A DNA stretch of 51,160 nt from Gemmatimonadota bacterium (GTDB lineage: Bacteria; Latescibacterota; UBA2968; UBA8231): the NCBI GenBank assembly GCA_038128265.1, contig JAYPJE010000006.1:9252-60411 (forward strand), written 5' to 3'. Under the pieces are notes generated by a model. It ran no database searches and had not been told where the DNA came from. It saw only the letters and a program-made list of their open reading frames with translations. Within the stretch, counting starts at the first letter, position 1, and each line of letters begins with the position of its first letter. This document shows positions 26,307 through 35,873 of the stretch, in pieces. The position numbers were made by a program, and so were the translations under genes.

Positions 26307-29300
26307 ATGAAACAACGGATTGCCCTCGTATTTTTCCTTATTTTCGTCGTTTTCACCCCGCCCACATCGCTTATGGCGGCACGCCTCGAGCTGCGCCCGG
26401 CTGGTTCCAATACCAGCACGGCTTCCGTGATGGTCGGCGATGAGATCGAAGTGGAAGTGTGGATCGACTCGGAAAACGAACCGCTGTCCGGCGCCGCCGT
26501 CTTCCTAACCGTCGACTCGGCCCACCTGGAGATTGTCGAAGAAGACCGCGCAACCCAGACGGGCTTTCAACCCTTTGCCCCGGGCGCCTTCCTCGCCAAT
26601 GGAGAAATTTTCCGCAACTACCTGCTAGACGAAGAAGACCCCGCCGCCAGCGCGCCTGGTATCCAGCTCGACTATAGCGTCGTGCGCGCCGCCGATCAGG
26701 GGTCTGGACCCATTGCCTCATTTCGCCTGCGCGCCCTCGCGCCGGCTGCAGAAATGCAGGTGCACATCGACGAGAGCGGCGCGCGCGAAACGCGCTTTTT
26801 TCGCCCCGACGGCGACCAGCACTCGTTTCGCTTTATCCACCCACTACGCCTCACGGTCCAGGGCATCACGATCAGCGGCCTGCCCGAACGCCTGGTGCTG
26901 CCCCGCGGCGGCACATACCAATTCGACCTCAATGAACACGTCTTTGATCCAATGTATGAGCTGGAGGACATCACCTGGTCCATTTCTCCCATAGGTGGCC
27001 TACAGAGTAGGCATGACGCCGAGGGCAACGCGCTCCTACTGCAGGCGCCGAGCGACGCTTCGCCCTGGGAACAGCTCGTGCTGACAGCGCGCAATCCCGC
27101 TGGCCAGACCACGTCCGATACGCTGGAAATATTCGTCAACGCCGCTCCGACCTTTGCCCCCATTGGCACACTTGGCCTGGGCGAAGACCAATCCTATGCG
27201 CTGGCCTTAGACGCGCTTATATCCGATAGCGACACGCCCTTCGAGCAGTTGGAGTGGAGCGTTGACGCGCCCCCAGAAGTAGCCATTGCAATCGATCCAA
27301 CAGCGCGCTCGGCGCGTATCACACCCCAGGTCAACTGGCACGGCCAGACTCGTGCTGTGCTGATCGCCCGCGATCCCTTTGACTTTTCCGATTCGCTGCA
27401 AATAGATATCGAAGTGACTGCTGTGAACGATCCCCCCCAGCTCTTGGCCGCGCCCAACCTGCGCCTGACGCGCGGGCGCAGCGACAACAGCCTGCTCTTG
27501 AGCGAGCTGCTGTCCGATGTGGAGGACCCCAGCGAGGATTTGCGACTTTCCTGGGTTGGCAACGAGCACGTTCAGCTCGAAGTAATCGAAGGGCGTCTGG
27601 TCGTCTCGGCTGTCGAGGGATGGACTGGCAGCGAAGAAATCACGCTCGTCGTCGAAGACTCGGGCCTCCTCACAGCCAGCGGCCCCCTCGTCGTCACCGT
27701 CGTCCCCTCGCTGGCCCCAGCGCTGGTATCCCAACCTCAGCGCCTCAGCCTAGCGTCTGGCGACAGCTATGTACTAGGACTCGACGATCTAGTCGTCGAC
27801 CCGGACGATGCCGACGAGACGTTGACGTGGGAGGTAACTGGTTCGGAACACCTAAGCGTGCAGCTGAGCAGCGGTCGCATGGCGCGCATTTCTGCTCCTA
27901 GCAGCTTTGTCGGCGTCGAAACACTGCGCTTTACCGTGTCAGACCCCACCGGCGAACAAATGGCTTTTTCCGTCGATGTCTACTCCCTGCCGGCCAGCGG
28001 TGAGCCGCTCTTTGCCGAGTTGCCCGACGTGCGCGTTCCCGTAGACGGCGTCGATGCGTCGCTCGACCTCGACCTGTTCGTATTCGACCTCGACCATCCG
28101 ACAAGCGAAATGGATTTCTTTCTGCCGCAGCGCGACGATATCGCCCTGCGCGTCGATGCCCAGAGCCACGTGCTCGTTATCGACCCACGCGAAAACGCCG
28201 TTCCTTCTGTAGTGGAAATCGAAGTGCGCGTCGTCGACCCCGACGGGCACGAGGCCGTGCAAACGCTGCGCCTGCACCTATTAGACGCCGAGGGCCAGAG
28301 CGGCCCCTTCCTGGCGCTATCTCCCCTGCCCGACGTCGAGCTGGCAGCCGGTCAGGTATACAGTTTTTCCCTAGATAGCTATGTGGGAGGCGACGTAGCG
28401 CCAGGCGATATTAGCTGGCACATCGAGGGCGATGAAAACATCGTCGTCGACATCGACCCGCTCAGCCGCGAAGTCACGCTGCGCGCGGCCAGCGGATGGC
28501 ACGGCGAAACGACGATCTACTTTGTCGCCAGCGCAAACGACCTGCCCGAGCAGCGCCTGAGCGCGCGCATTGTCGCCCAGGCACCGGACGAGACGGCCCT
28601 GCCGCCCGAGCTGGCAGCACTGCCCGATATCAGCCTGGATGCCGGCGCATTTGACCAGAGCATTGACCTCGATCAATTTGTTTTGAATGCCGGTGCCGAA
28701 GAGTTCGCCTGGAGCATCAGCGGCGGTCAGAACGCGCGCGTGCTCATAGACGCCGAAACCCATCGGCTCATTGTCTTTGCCGGCGAGGACTGGCACGGCG
28801 AAGAGCTCTTTACGCTGGTGGGCGTGCGCGACGACGGCACGCGTCTGGAAGCGATACTGCGCATCGCCGTAGTCCTCCCGCGCGCCCTGCTAGAGCTGAC
28901 AGAGCAGACCACCGTTGGACTCTTTGCCGGCACGGAAGCAATACGCCTACCGCTGAGCGAATTGGTATCGGGCGATATCGATCCAGCCACCGTGCAGTGG
29001 GCGGCCCAGGGCCTGCAGCCGATCGACGTTCAGCTGGACGCAGAAGCAGGCGAATTGGTCTTGACGCGCACCTCGCCCTGGCTGGGCAGCGACATCATCG
29101 AGCTGCGCGCCACGCTGCCCGACGGCATGGTAGTTACGGGCCTTGTCATGGCCCAGGTATATCCGACCGACGGCAGCATGGGCACAGAGAGCGAAGATTT
29201 TGTACTCGTGCCGCTACCCAACGCGCTACAGCCAGAATTTATCGACCTGTTCCTAATAGACCGCATGGCAGCCGATGCGCCGCCGCAGCTGCGCCTCAAC

Positions 29301-30338
29301 GACGGCGTTTGGTCCGATTTGGCGCTGAGCGAAGGCCCTGAGGGCATCTGGCAGAGCAGCCACGTGCTGACGCCAGGCCAGGAGGGCAGCGTATCGATTT
29401 TGGCCCTGTCCATTGCCGACGGCCAGCTTTTTAGGTCTTCCTACGATTTTGAAGTGGGCACCGTGCGCGCCGGACGCGGCAAGGTCATTGCCCACGCCGA
29501 TATGCGCATCGAGATCGCCGAAGGTGCGTTTGCCGACGACGCCGTTATCGCTCTCTTACCGAGCCGCGTCGACCATCCCGGCCCCGAACTGACTCCCCTC
29601 TCCCCCGCCTATACGGCCCACTCGCCCCAATCCTACGCGGGTCGCGGCAGCCGGCTGCGCGCCGTACTGCCCAATGGGTCGTCCGAACGGGCGGGTATCT
29701 ACCGCTATGCAGAAGGCCGCTGGCAGTGGGTGGAATCGACCCATCACAGCGGATCGCTGCAGGTGGAATTGGGCCAGTTGGGTCGCTATGCGCTGATGGA
29801 AGACCGCACGCCGCCGCGCATAGTCACACGCGACGAATACGCTCTTACCATCGCCGATGCGGGCAGCGGGCTAGCGCAGGTCGAGGTCTTTATGGCAGAA
29901 GTCCCTCTATCGCCCTCGGCTTACGAATGGGACGGCGAAACGCTAACACTCGATCCGTCCTACATACCAGCGGCAAACAGCGCGCTGCGCGTGCAGGCAA
30001 CCGACAGGTCGGGCAACGTCGGCAACCTGGCATTTTCGGCACGGGGCCACGCAACGCCGCAAACCTTTGGCTTGCTGCAGAACTTCCCCAACCCCTTCAA
30101 TCCATCGACGGCTATTCCCTTTGATATCTATGCTACGCAGCCCGTGCAACTGACCGTATACAATAGCGCTGGACAGCGCGTGCGCCTGCTGGCCGATCGG
30201 CCCTTTTCACCTGGGCGGCACGTGATACAATGGGATGCGCGCGACGACAGCGGTGCTCCCGTTTCTTCTGGCATATATCTATACCGCATCGACGTCGACG
30301 GTCAGGTACAAATGCGCAAGATGACGCTCCTGCGCTGA
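26307..30338 (+). CDS. Giant secreted protein C (~1343 aa): N-terminal cohesin-like domain, 8 cadherin-like Ig repeats, FlgD-Ig/T9SS-like CTD
   Basis: SD GGAGG and signal MKQRIALVFFLIFVVF; cohesin-like VGDEIEVEVWID...GSGPIASFRLRA; ~95-100 aa repeats with VNAAP/VNDPP, LDxxVxDxD and WHG; CTD QNFPNPFNPST...SGIYLYRI...KMTLLR. Confidence 0.87.
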   Translation: MKQRIALVFFLIFVVFTPPTSLMAARLELRPAGSNTSTASVMVGDEIEVEVWIDSENEPLSGAAVFLTVDSAHLEIVEEDRATQTGFQPFAPGAFLANGEIFRNYLLDEEDPAASAPGIQLDYSVVRAADQGSGPIASFRLRALAPAAEMQVHIDESGARETRFFRPDGDQHSFRFIHPLRLTVQGITISGLPERLVLPRGGTYQFDLNEHVFDPMYELEDITWSISPIGGLQSRHDAEGNALLLQAPSDASPWEQLVLTARNPAGQTTSDTLEIFVNAAPTFAPIGTLGLGEDQSYALALDALISDSDTPFEQLEWSVDAPPEVAIAIDPTARSARITPQVNWHGQTRAVLIARDPFDFSDSLQIDIEVTAVNDPPQLLAAPNLRLTRGRSDNSLLLSELLSDVEDPSEDLRLSWVGNEHVQLEVIEGRLVVSAVEGWTGSEEITLVVEDSGLLTASGPLVVTVVPSLAPALVSQPQRLSLASGDSYVLGLDDLVVDPDDADETLTWEVTGSEHLSVQLSSGRMARISAPSSFVGVETLRFTVSDPTGEQMAFSVDVYSLPASGEPLFAELPDVRVPVDGVDASLDLDLFVFDLDHPTSEMDFFLPQRDDIALRVDAQSHVLVIDPRENAVPSVVEIEVRVVDPDGHEAVQTLRLHLLDAEGQSGPFLALSPLPDVELAAGQVYSFSLDSYVGGDVAPGDISWHIEGDENIVVDIDPLSREVTLRAASGWHGETTIYFVASANDLPEQRLSARIVAQAPDETALPPELAALPDISLDAGAFDQSIDLDQFVLNAGAEEFAWSISGGQNARVLIDAETHRLIVFAGEDWHGEELFTLVGVRDDGTRLEAILRIAVVLPRALLELTEQTTVGLFAGTEAIRLPLSELVSGDIDPATVQWAAQGLQPIDVQLDAEAGELVLTRTSPWLGSDIIELRATLPDGMVVTGLVMAQVYPTDGSMGTESEDFVLVPLPNALQPEFIDLFLIDRMAADAPPQLRLNDGVWSDLALSEGPEGIWQSSHVLTPGQEGSVSILALSIADGQLFRSSYDFEVGTVRAGRGKVIAHADMRIEIAEGAFADDAVIALLPSRVDHPGPELTPLSPAYTAHSPQSYAGRGSRLRAVLPNGSSERAGIYRYAEGRWQWVESTHHSGSLQVELGQLGRYALMEDRTPPRIVTRDEYALTIADAGSGLAQVEVFMAEVPLSPSAYEWDGETLTLDPSYIPAANSALRVQATDRSGNVGNLAFSARGHATPQTFGLLQNFPNPFNPSTAIPFDIYATQPVQLTVYNSAGQRVRLLADRPFSPGRHVIQWDARDDSGAPVSSGIYLYRIDVDGQVQMRKMTLLR

Positions 30339-30431
30339 CCTTCGACTGCCTGCGCATTGACCAATAGGGATCGACGCGCTCTATATGGAAAACCGATTCC
30401 ACTTACGCGCACTGTGGGGCCATCGCGCCGT

Positions 30432-31739
30432 CTAAAATTCGCTCAGCGTCGCATTGGCCTTCTCGTCGAGAGCCGCCAGTTCGGCCGCTATATCGCCGCC
30501 TTCCAGCACGCTGACCATCATCTGTGCCACCAACCGACGCACCCGTTCGTAGCCCATCACACCCGGTTCGGCCTGCGCATTATCTAGCCATTCGTACGCT
30601 CTGGCATACTCCGGATTAGCCTGCATATAGGCGCCGAGTGACTCGGCCGTGCTGCGACGCACGGGAAAGTAGCCGCTAACTTCTACCCAGCGCGCCTGCT
30701 GCTGCGGTTCGGTGAACCACTTGAGAAAAAGCCACGACGCCAGCTGGCGCTCCGGCGTCGATTTGGCTAGGGCGATACTGGCTCCATAGATATTGACGAC
30801 CGGCTCGGCTACCGTGCGCGGCGGCGGGGCCAGCATCCATGCAAAGCGCGCACCGGCATCGACGGCGTTCTTCACATAGGGTATGCCGGTCGAGGAGGCG
30901 AGAAAGCACAGCACGTTGCCAGTGGCAAAACCGGCTATATCTGCGCCGTCGTCGATCTTTAAATCAGCGGCTCCCTCGCGCTTGAGTTGGCGCATTAAAT
31001 CAAGCGATTCTCGCACCGCGCTCGCGTCAAAGCGGTAGGCCAAACGCGCTTCGTCCATAAAATGCCCGCCGCGACTAAATACCAGCGAAGCGAGCTGGCT
31101 AGCATCGTCATCGAGCATAAATCCCGTGCTGGAGCCCTCGGCGATTCTCCTGCTGAAGGGCTGATCGCGCGCACGACGGCACATCTCGGCAAAGTCCTCC
31201 CAGCGCTCTGGGGGCTGTGCATAGCCCATTTCGCGCAGCCAGTCCGCGTTGTAGTACATCACTTCTAACGAGCGGTTGGGCGTCAGGGCGACCTGAGCGC
31301 CGTCAAAATTGTCCTCGCGCAAAAAAGACGAGAAATAATCGGCGCGAGCGGGCGCACTCAGCCCCCACTGGGGCGAATCCATATAGGGTGCCAAGTCAAT
31401 GGCGCCCCCATTGCTGTAGTAGGTATAGGCCTGATTGTTGTAGGCGACGACGAGGTCGGGCAGCACCCCCCCCTGCATCCCAACGAGCATTTTATTGAAG
31501 ATGTCTCGGTAGTTGCCTGCATACTCGCCGCGCACGTTGATCCCGTGCGGATTCGTAGCGGCGTATTCGGCTAGCATCTGCTTGAGCAATTCTTCGCGCT
31601 GGAGCGTATGCTGGTACCAGAACGTCACTTGCTGACCTGTCGGGTCGACCTGCTCTAGGTCAACGGTGCGCACATCGGGTGTATCGGTCCCGCCGCAGGC
31701 CAGCAGGAGCAGCGCATAAATGGCGATGCCGTACTTCAT
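30432..31739 (-). CDS. Extracellular solute-binding lipoprotein (SBP family 1, sugar/glycerophosphate type)
   Basis: Lipobox LLLA-C; VTFWYQH, PNRSLEVMYYNAD, ASWLFLKWF and SGYFPVRRS. Confidence 0.88.
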   Translation of the reverse strand: MKYGIAIYALLLLACGGTDTPDVRTVDLEQVDPTGQQVTFWYQHTLQREELLKQMLAEYAATNPHGINVRGEYAGNYRDIFNKMLVGMQGGVLPDLVVAYNNQAYTYYSNGGAIDLAPYMDSPQWGLSAPARADYFSSFLREDNFDGAQVALTPNRSLEVMYYNADWLREMGYAQPPERWEDFAEMCRRARDQPFSRRIAEGSSTGFMLDDDASQLASLVFSRGGHFMDEARLAYRFDASAVRESLDLMRQLKREGAADLKIDDGADIAGFATGNVLCFLASSTGIPYVKNAVDAGARFAWMLAPPPRTVAEPVVNIYGASIALAKSTPERQLASWLFLKWFTEPQQQARWVEVSGYFPVRRSTAESLGAYMQANPEYARAYEWLDNAQAEPGVMGYERVRRLVAQMMVSVLEGGDIAAELAALDEKANATLSEF

Positions 31740-31936
31740 CTCTATTCCTCTGTGTTACCGCACGCCGACGCGCGGCCTGATAGGATCGTACACGGAGCGT
31801 ATACGCATAATGAATATCAACGCGCTTCCGGCTTTTGCAAAGAGCGCTGAATACTCGACGGCATTTGCCGAAGCAGCTGATAATGGCGAAGTTTTTCCCG
31901 CATCGTTCCTCTCTTTTCAGTCACTCCAAAGACGCT

Positions 31937-32737
31937 ATGTCTCTGCCCCACACACCCACTTTAGCCGTTACCTGCAGTGCGCGTGCCGATGAAGCGCTGC
32001 GCCAGCAGGCTAGGGCGATTGCCGAAGAAATGTCCTGCCCCTATTGGCCCCGCCCCGACGGCCGCCTGGAAGACGCCGCGCAGGCGCAGCACGTCGATGC
32101 GCTCATCGTAGTCGGTCGACAGCGACTCTTCGTGCACGTCGGCCAGACGCGGCTAGTGCACCATCCCAATGCAGCCGTGCTGCGCGTCGTCAACCTACTG
32201 CGAGGCCGTCGCGATACGCTCGTCGACCTTGCCGGACTGGCACCGGGTGACCGCCTGCTCGACTGCACCTGTGGACTGGGTTCCGATGCCATTGCCGCCG
32301 CTCATGCCGTTGGTCCCGAAGGCGAAGTGCACGCCCTCGAAGCGTCGCCGCTGCTGGCCCTGCTAGCGCGCCACGGCATGCAGACCTACACGCACCCGGT
32401 GCATCCAGCCGTTACCAACGCGATGCGTCGCGTGCGAATTGTTAGCGCCCGTTACCAGGAAGTGCTGCCGACCTGCACCGATGCCTCTTTTGACGTCGTC
32501 TATTTCGACCCTATGTTCTGCCAAACCGTTGCCGCATCCAACGGGCTCGATCTAGTGCGCACCTTTGCCGAAGCGGGCGTGCCGCAACAGAGCGACGTCG
32601 ACCAGGCGGTGCGCGTGGCGCGCCGTGCCGTGCTGATGAAAGACGCCATGCCCGGACGCGCGCTTGAAACGCTCGGCTTTGCCATCGTCAAAAAGACCCG
32701 GCGCTTTTGCTTTGGACGCATCGACTGCGCCCCGTAG
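31937..32737 (+). CDS. Class I SAM-dependent methyltransferase (RsmJ/SAM_MT-like)
   Basis: Motif I LDCTCGLGSDA and motif IV FDVVYFDPMF; start placed at ATG 31937 (uncertain). Confidence 0.8.
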   Translation: MSLPHTPTLAVTCSARADEALRQQARAIAEEMSCPYWPRPDGRLEDAAQAQHVDALIVVGRQRLFVHVGQTRLVHHPNAAVLRVVNLLRGRRDTLVDLAGLAPGDRLLDCTCGLGSDAIAAAHAVGPEGEVHALEASPLLALLARHGMQTYTHPVHPAVTNAMRRVRIVSARYQEVLPTCTDASFDVVYFDPMFCQTVAASNGLDLVRTFAEAGVPQQSDVDQAVRVARRAVLMKDAMPGRALETLGFAIVKKTRRFCFGRIDCAP

Positions 32738-32748
32738 AAAGGTCTACC

Positions 32749-33525
32749 ATGGATATTTCCTGCTGTGTCTGGGCCCTATCCACTCCAGAAGAAAATGCCC
32801 TGCAGCACCTCGCTGACCTAGGTTTTGCCCACATCGACGTGCAGGCGCTGACGTATACCACCCCTTCGATCCAAGCGCAGATCGACGCGCTCGGTATGCG
32901 CATGCGCTGCGTCGGCCTATCGTTCAATATGGAGGAAGGCGCCGCGCTCGACAGCGCCGATGCCACCGCGCGCCGACGTGCCGTCGAGCACGTAGAGCGC
33001 GGCCTAGACCAGGCTGCGAGCAGTCACATCGATACGGCTTACGTCGTGCCGGGCGACGAGGACGATCTACTCGGCTATTTTAGCGAAAGCCTGATCGCCA
33101 TCGCCGATATGGCCGCCGCGCGCCAGATCGCGCTCGGCGTAGAGCACTTTCCCGGCAAAGCGCTGCCAACGGCAGCCGGCACGCTCGCCTATTTGGAAGA
33201 TCTCGCCCATGACAACCTCTACCTGCTGCTGGACAGCGGCCACCTGCAGATATCCGGCGAAGATCCCGCTGCCGTCATCGCGCAGGCAGGCAGCCGGCTC
33301 GGCTACGCACATCTCGACGACAACGACGGCCGCAGCGACCTGCACTGGGCACTGTGCGACGGCGTGCTGACCCGAACGGCACTGCGCGACCTGCTGGTGG
33401 CCCTTAACGGCAGCGCCTATGCCGGCCCCGTCAGTCTGGAACTCCACCCTACCCTACCCGATCCGGTCGCTGCCCTCAGAGAAAGCGTAGCGATCGTGCG
33501 CGATATTTTGGGAGAAACACAATGA
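32749..33525 (+). CDS. Sugar phosphate isomerase/epimerase (xylose isomerase-like TIM barrel)
   Basis: Metal ligands in GVEHFP, LLDSGH, HLDDNDG and SLELHP; ATG after GAAAGG. Confidence 0.85.
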   Translation: MDISCCVWALSTPEENALQHLADLGFAHIDVQALTYTTPSIQAQIDALGMRMRCVGLSFNMEEGAALDSADATARRRAVEHVERGLDQAASSHIDTAYVVPGDEDDLLGYFSESLIAIADMAAARQIALGVEHFPGKALPTAAGTLAYLEDLAHDNLYLLLDSGHLQISGEDPAAVIAQAGSRLGYAHLDDNDGRSDLHWALCDGVLTRTALRDLLVALNGSAYAGPVSLELHPTLPDPVAALRESVAIVRDILGETQ

Positions 33526-34313
33526 GTGCAGTGACGACCGAACTGACCCAAGTTCAAATCGAACAATTCCACCGCGATGGCTTTCTCGCGCTGGACGCCC
33601 TCATCGCCAGCGAAGAAGTCGAGCAGCTGCGCCTTATCTACGACCGTCTATTTGAAGACCGAACGGGTTGGGACAGGGGCGATCAGTTTGATCTGGCCGG
33701 CACCGACGAGGGCGCTGCCGCGCTGCCGCAGCTGCTGGGACCGAGTCGCTACGCACCGGAACTGCGCGAGACGCAGTACGTCCGCAGCGCACGCACCATT
33801 GCCCGCCAGTTGCTAGGACCCGATATGCTAGAGGGAAACGGCGAACACATGATCTACAAACCGGCGGGCCGCGGCGCGGCGACGCCGTGGCATCAGGACC
33901 AGGCCTATCACGACCCGACTACGCGTCAGCGCGGCGTCAATTTCTGGCTGCCCCTCGACGACGCCACCGTGGACTCGGGCTGCCTGCACTTCGTGCCGGG
34001 CTCACACGAGCTCGACGTGCTGCCACACCATCCGATCAACAACGACCCGCGCATTCACGGGCTAGAGGTCGACGAACCCGAGCGCTGGTCCGCAGACAGC
34101 GTCGCCTGTCCCATACCGGCCGGCGGCGCCACCCTGCACGCCAGCTATATGCTGCACTACGCAGAGGCCAATACCAGCGGGCGACCGCGCCGCGCATACA
34201 CACTCACCTTCCGCCTGCCGGCTCAGCAGCGCGATGCGCCGATCGACAACTACTGGAGGCGCGAACAAAACACGGCTCGTCAAGCGCGCGCACAGCGCAG
34301 TGCCTCCCGTTAA
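33522..34313 (+). CDS. Phytanoyl-CoA dioxygenase family Fe(II)/2OG enzyme
   Basis: FHRDGF, TPWHQD, GCLHFVPGSH and LHYAEANTSGRPRR; ATGA overlap with the upstream gene. Confidence 0.92.
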   Translation: MSAVTTELTQVQIEQFHRDGFLALDALIASEEVEQLRLIYDRLFEDRTGWDRGDQFDLAGTDEGAAALPQLLGPSRYAPELRETQYVRSARTIARQLLGPDMLEGNGEHMIYKPAGRGAATPWHQDQAYHDPTTRQRGVNFWLPLDDATVDSGCLHFVPGSHELDVLPHHPINNDPRIHGLEVDEPERWSADSVACPIPAGGATLHASYMLHYAEANTSGRPRRAYTLTFRLPAQQRDAPIDNYWRREQNTARQARAQRSASR

Positions 34314-35200
34314 TCGGACGCGGAGCGCTCTTTGCCCAAGTCGTTTTCAATGGGTTTGAGCGATTGCAAATACGTGGCCACGGCATCCAGATCGTCTTCG
34401 CTGAGGTGCTGATAGCCCTGTTCAATGACTTCCCACATCAGCCCCTGCGCCGAATCGCCGTCCGGCTCCAGGCCGGTCTGCAGATACCAGGTCATATCGG
34501 GCTTGCTCCACGTCCCCACACCCGTTGTGCTATCCGGCGTGATATTCGGCGCCCATTCGCCCTCCGGCCCTTCGACCGACCCGGCAAAAGCCATATCGCC
34601 TAGTAGCCCCCCCGTTGCCGTTCGCGGCGTGTGGCACTCTGCACAGTGAGCTAGCGCCTCAACTACGTAGGCTCCGCGATTCCACTGTGCCGACCGGCTG
34701 GTGTCGATCTGCTGCTCGCCTTCGGAAAAATGCAGTATTTTCCACAGCGAGAGCGTAAAGCGCCAGCTAAAAGGCGGCGGCAATTCGTTGGTTGGATTCT
34801 CTTTTCTGACGGCCGGCAGGCTAAACAGGTAGGCCTTCAGGTCGAGGATATCGCGTTCACGCATGCGCGCAAAGGACGTGTAGGGAAAGACCGGGTAGTA
34901 GTGCGAACCGTCCGGCGCAATGCCCTCGCGCATGGCGCGCACGAAGTCAGCATCGCTCCAGCGGCCGATGCCGGTCTCGACGTCCGGCGTAATATTAGTC
35001 GCGTAAATGGAGCCAAACGGCGTCTCAATCGCCCGCCCGCCGGCCATGAACGCACCGCCATTGGCCAAGTCGGTATGGCAGCTGCAGCCGCCGCTAGCGC
35101 GGAACAGGTACTCGCCGCGCTCGACTGGTGACTGGGCCTGAGCTACCGCAACCCAAAGTGCCCAGAGCCCCCAGAGAGCCACACAGCATAGTTGCTTCAT
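34310..35200 (-). CDS. Periplasmic diheme cytochrome c (alcohol/gluconate dehydrogenase cytochrome-subunit-like)
   Basis: RGEYL...GCSCHT, TPFGSIYATNITPD.ETGIG, YYPVFPYTSF and RGAYVVEALAHCAECHTPR; signal peptide from ATG 35200. Confidence 0.9.
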   Translation of the reverse strand: MKQLCCVALWGLWALWVAVAQAQSPVERGEYLFRASGGCSCHTDLANGGAFMAGGRAIETPFGSIYATNITPDVETGIGRWSDADFVRAMREGIAPDGSHYYPVFPYTSFARMRERDILDLKAYLFSLPAVRKENPTNELPPPFSWRFTLSLWKILHFSEGEQQIDTSRSAQWNRGAYVVEALAHCAECHTPRTATGGLLGDMAFAGSVEGPEGEWAPNITPDSTTGVGTWSKPDMTWYLQTGLEPDGDSAQGLMWEVIEQGYQHLSEDDLDAVATYLQSLKPIENDLGKERSASD

Positions 35201-35281
35201 ATATGCAAAAGCGCAGGGCCATATAGAATGTGCCCCGCGCTCCTCATGCTGTTTGTCCACGCGCTATTTGAAGCGTATGAA

Positions 35282-35746
35282 CTAGTGATCGTGCTTGTTG
35301 CGAAACGGCCTATGGCAATTGCCACAGGACCCACCGACAGCGCGCATGGCTGCGCCAACGGCCTTCATATCGCCCGCCTCGGCAGCAACGACCAATTCGT
35401 CGGTTGCATCCTCCAATACCTTGGACGCCGCGACGTATTCCTCCCACTTCTCCCATATTTCTGCGCGGGCACCGCCCCCGTCTTTCATCGCCTTGACCTT
35501 GAACGAAGGCACCACCAGTTTGCTGGCGGCCTGCAGGCCCTTGGCGTGCACGAGAATATCGGCACCGTGCGGCAGCTTGTATTTGAGGATATCGCCGACA
35601 GCACCCGACTGAGCGGCTAGCACTTTCATTACTTTTTCACGATACTCGATGCGTCCTTCGCCGCTGTGCTCGTCTTCTGCCCAAGCCGCAGCACCTGACA
35701 GCAGCGCGCAGCAGAGCAGGGACCGCACTGCAATTCGTATACTCAT
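35282..35746 (-). CDS. Cytochrome c' (class II cytochrome c)
   Basis: Signal peptide, IEYREKVMK, ARAEIWEKWEEY and C-terminal CGNCHRPFR; SD AGGAGG. Confidence 0.92.
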   Translation of the reverse strand: MSIRIAVRSLLCCALLSGAAAWAEDEHSGEGRIEYREKVMKVLAAQSGAVGDILKYKLPHGADILVHAKGLQAASKLVVPSFKVKAMKDGGGARAEIWEKWEEYVAASKVLEDATDELVVAAEAGDMKAVGAAMRAVGGSCGNCHRPFRNKHDH

Positions 35747-35873
35747 AACAGGTTTCCTCCTGCCTTATCTTATCGGACCCAACGCAAAAAAATAAACAAG
35801 AAAAAATGACCGAGTTCGGTACAGTAGAGCCAACCTCTCAGCGAAGCCGGCTCATAAAACAGCAGGCGTACCC

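Noticed and set aside
14638..30338. Classical cellulosome or flagellar hook-cap (flgD) genes
   Set aside because: No recognisable GH catalytic modules, no tandem cohesin array and no flagellar genes; the FlgD-like part is only the C-terminal sorting domain.
31883..31897. Third sigma-54 promoter (TGGCGAAGTTTTTCC)
   Set aside because: It lacks the -12 GC dinucleotide.
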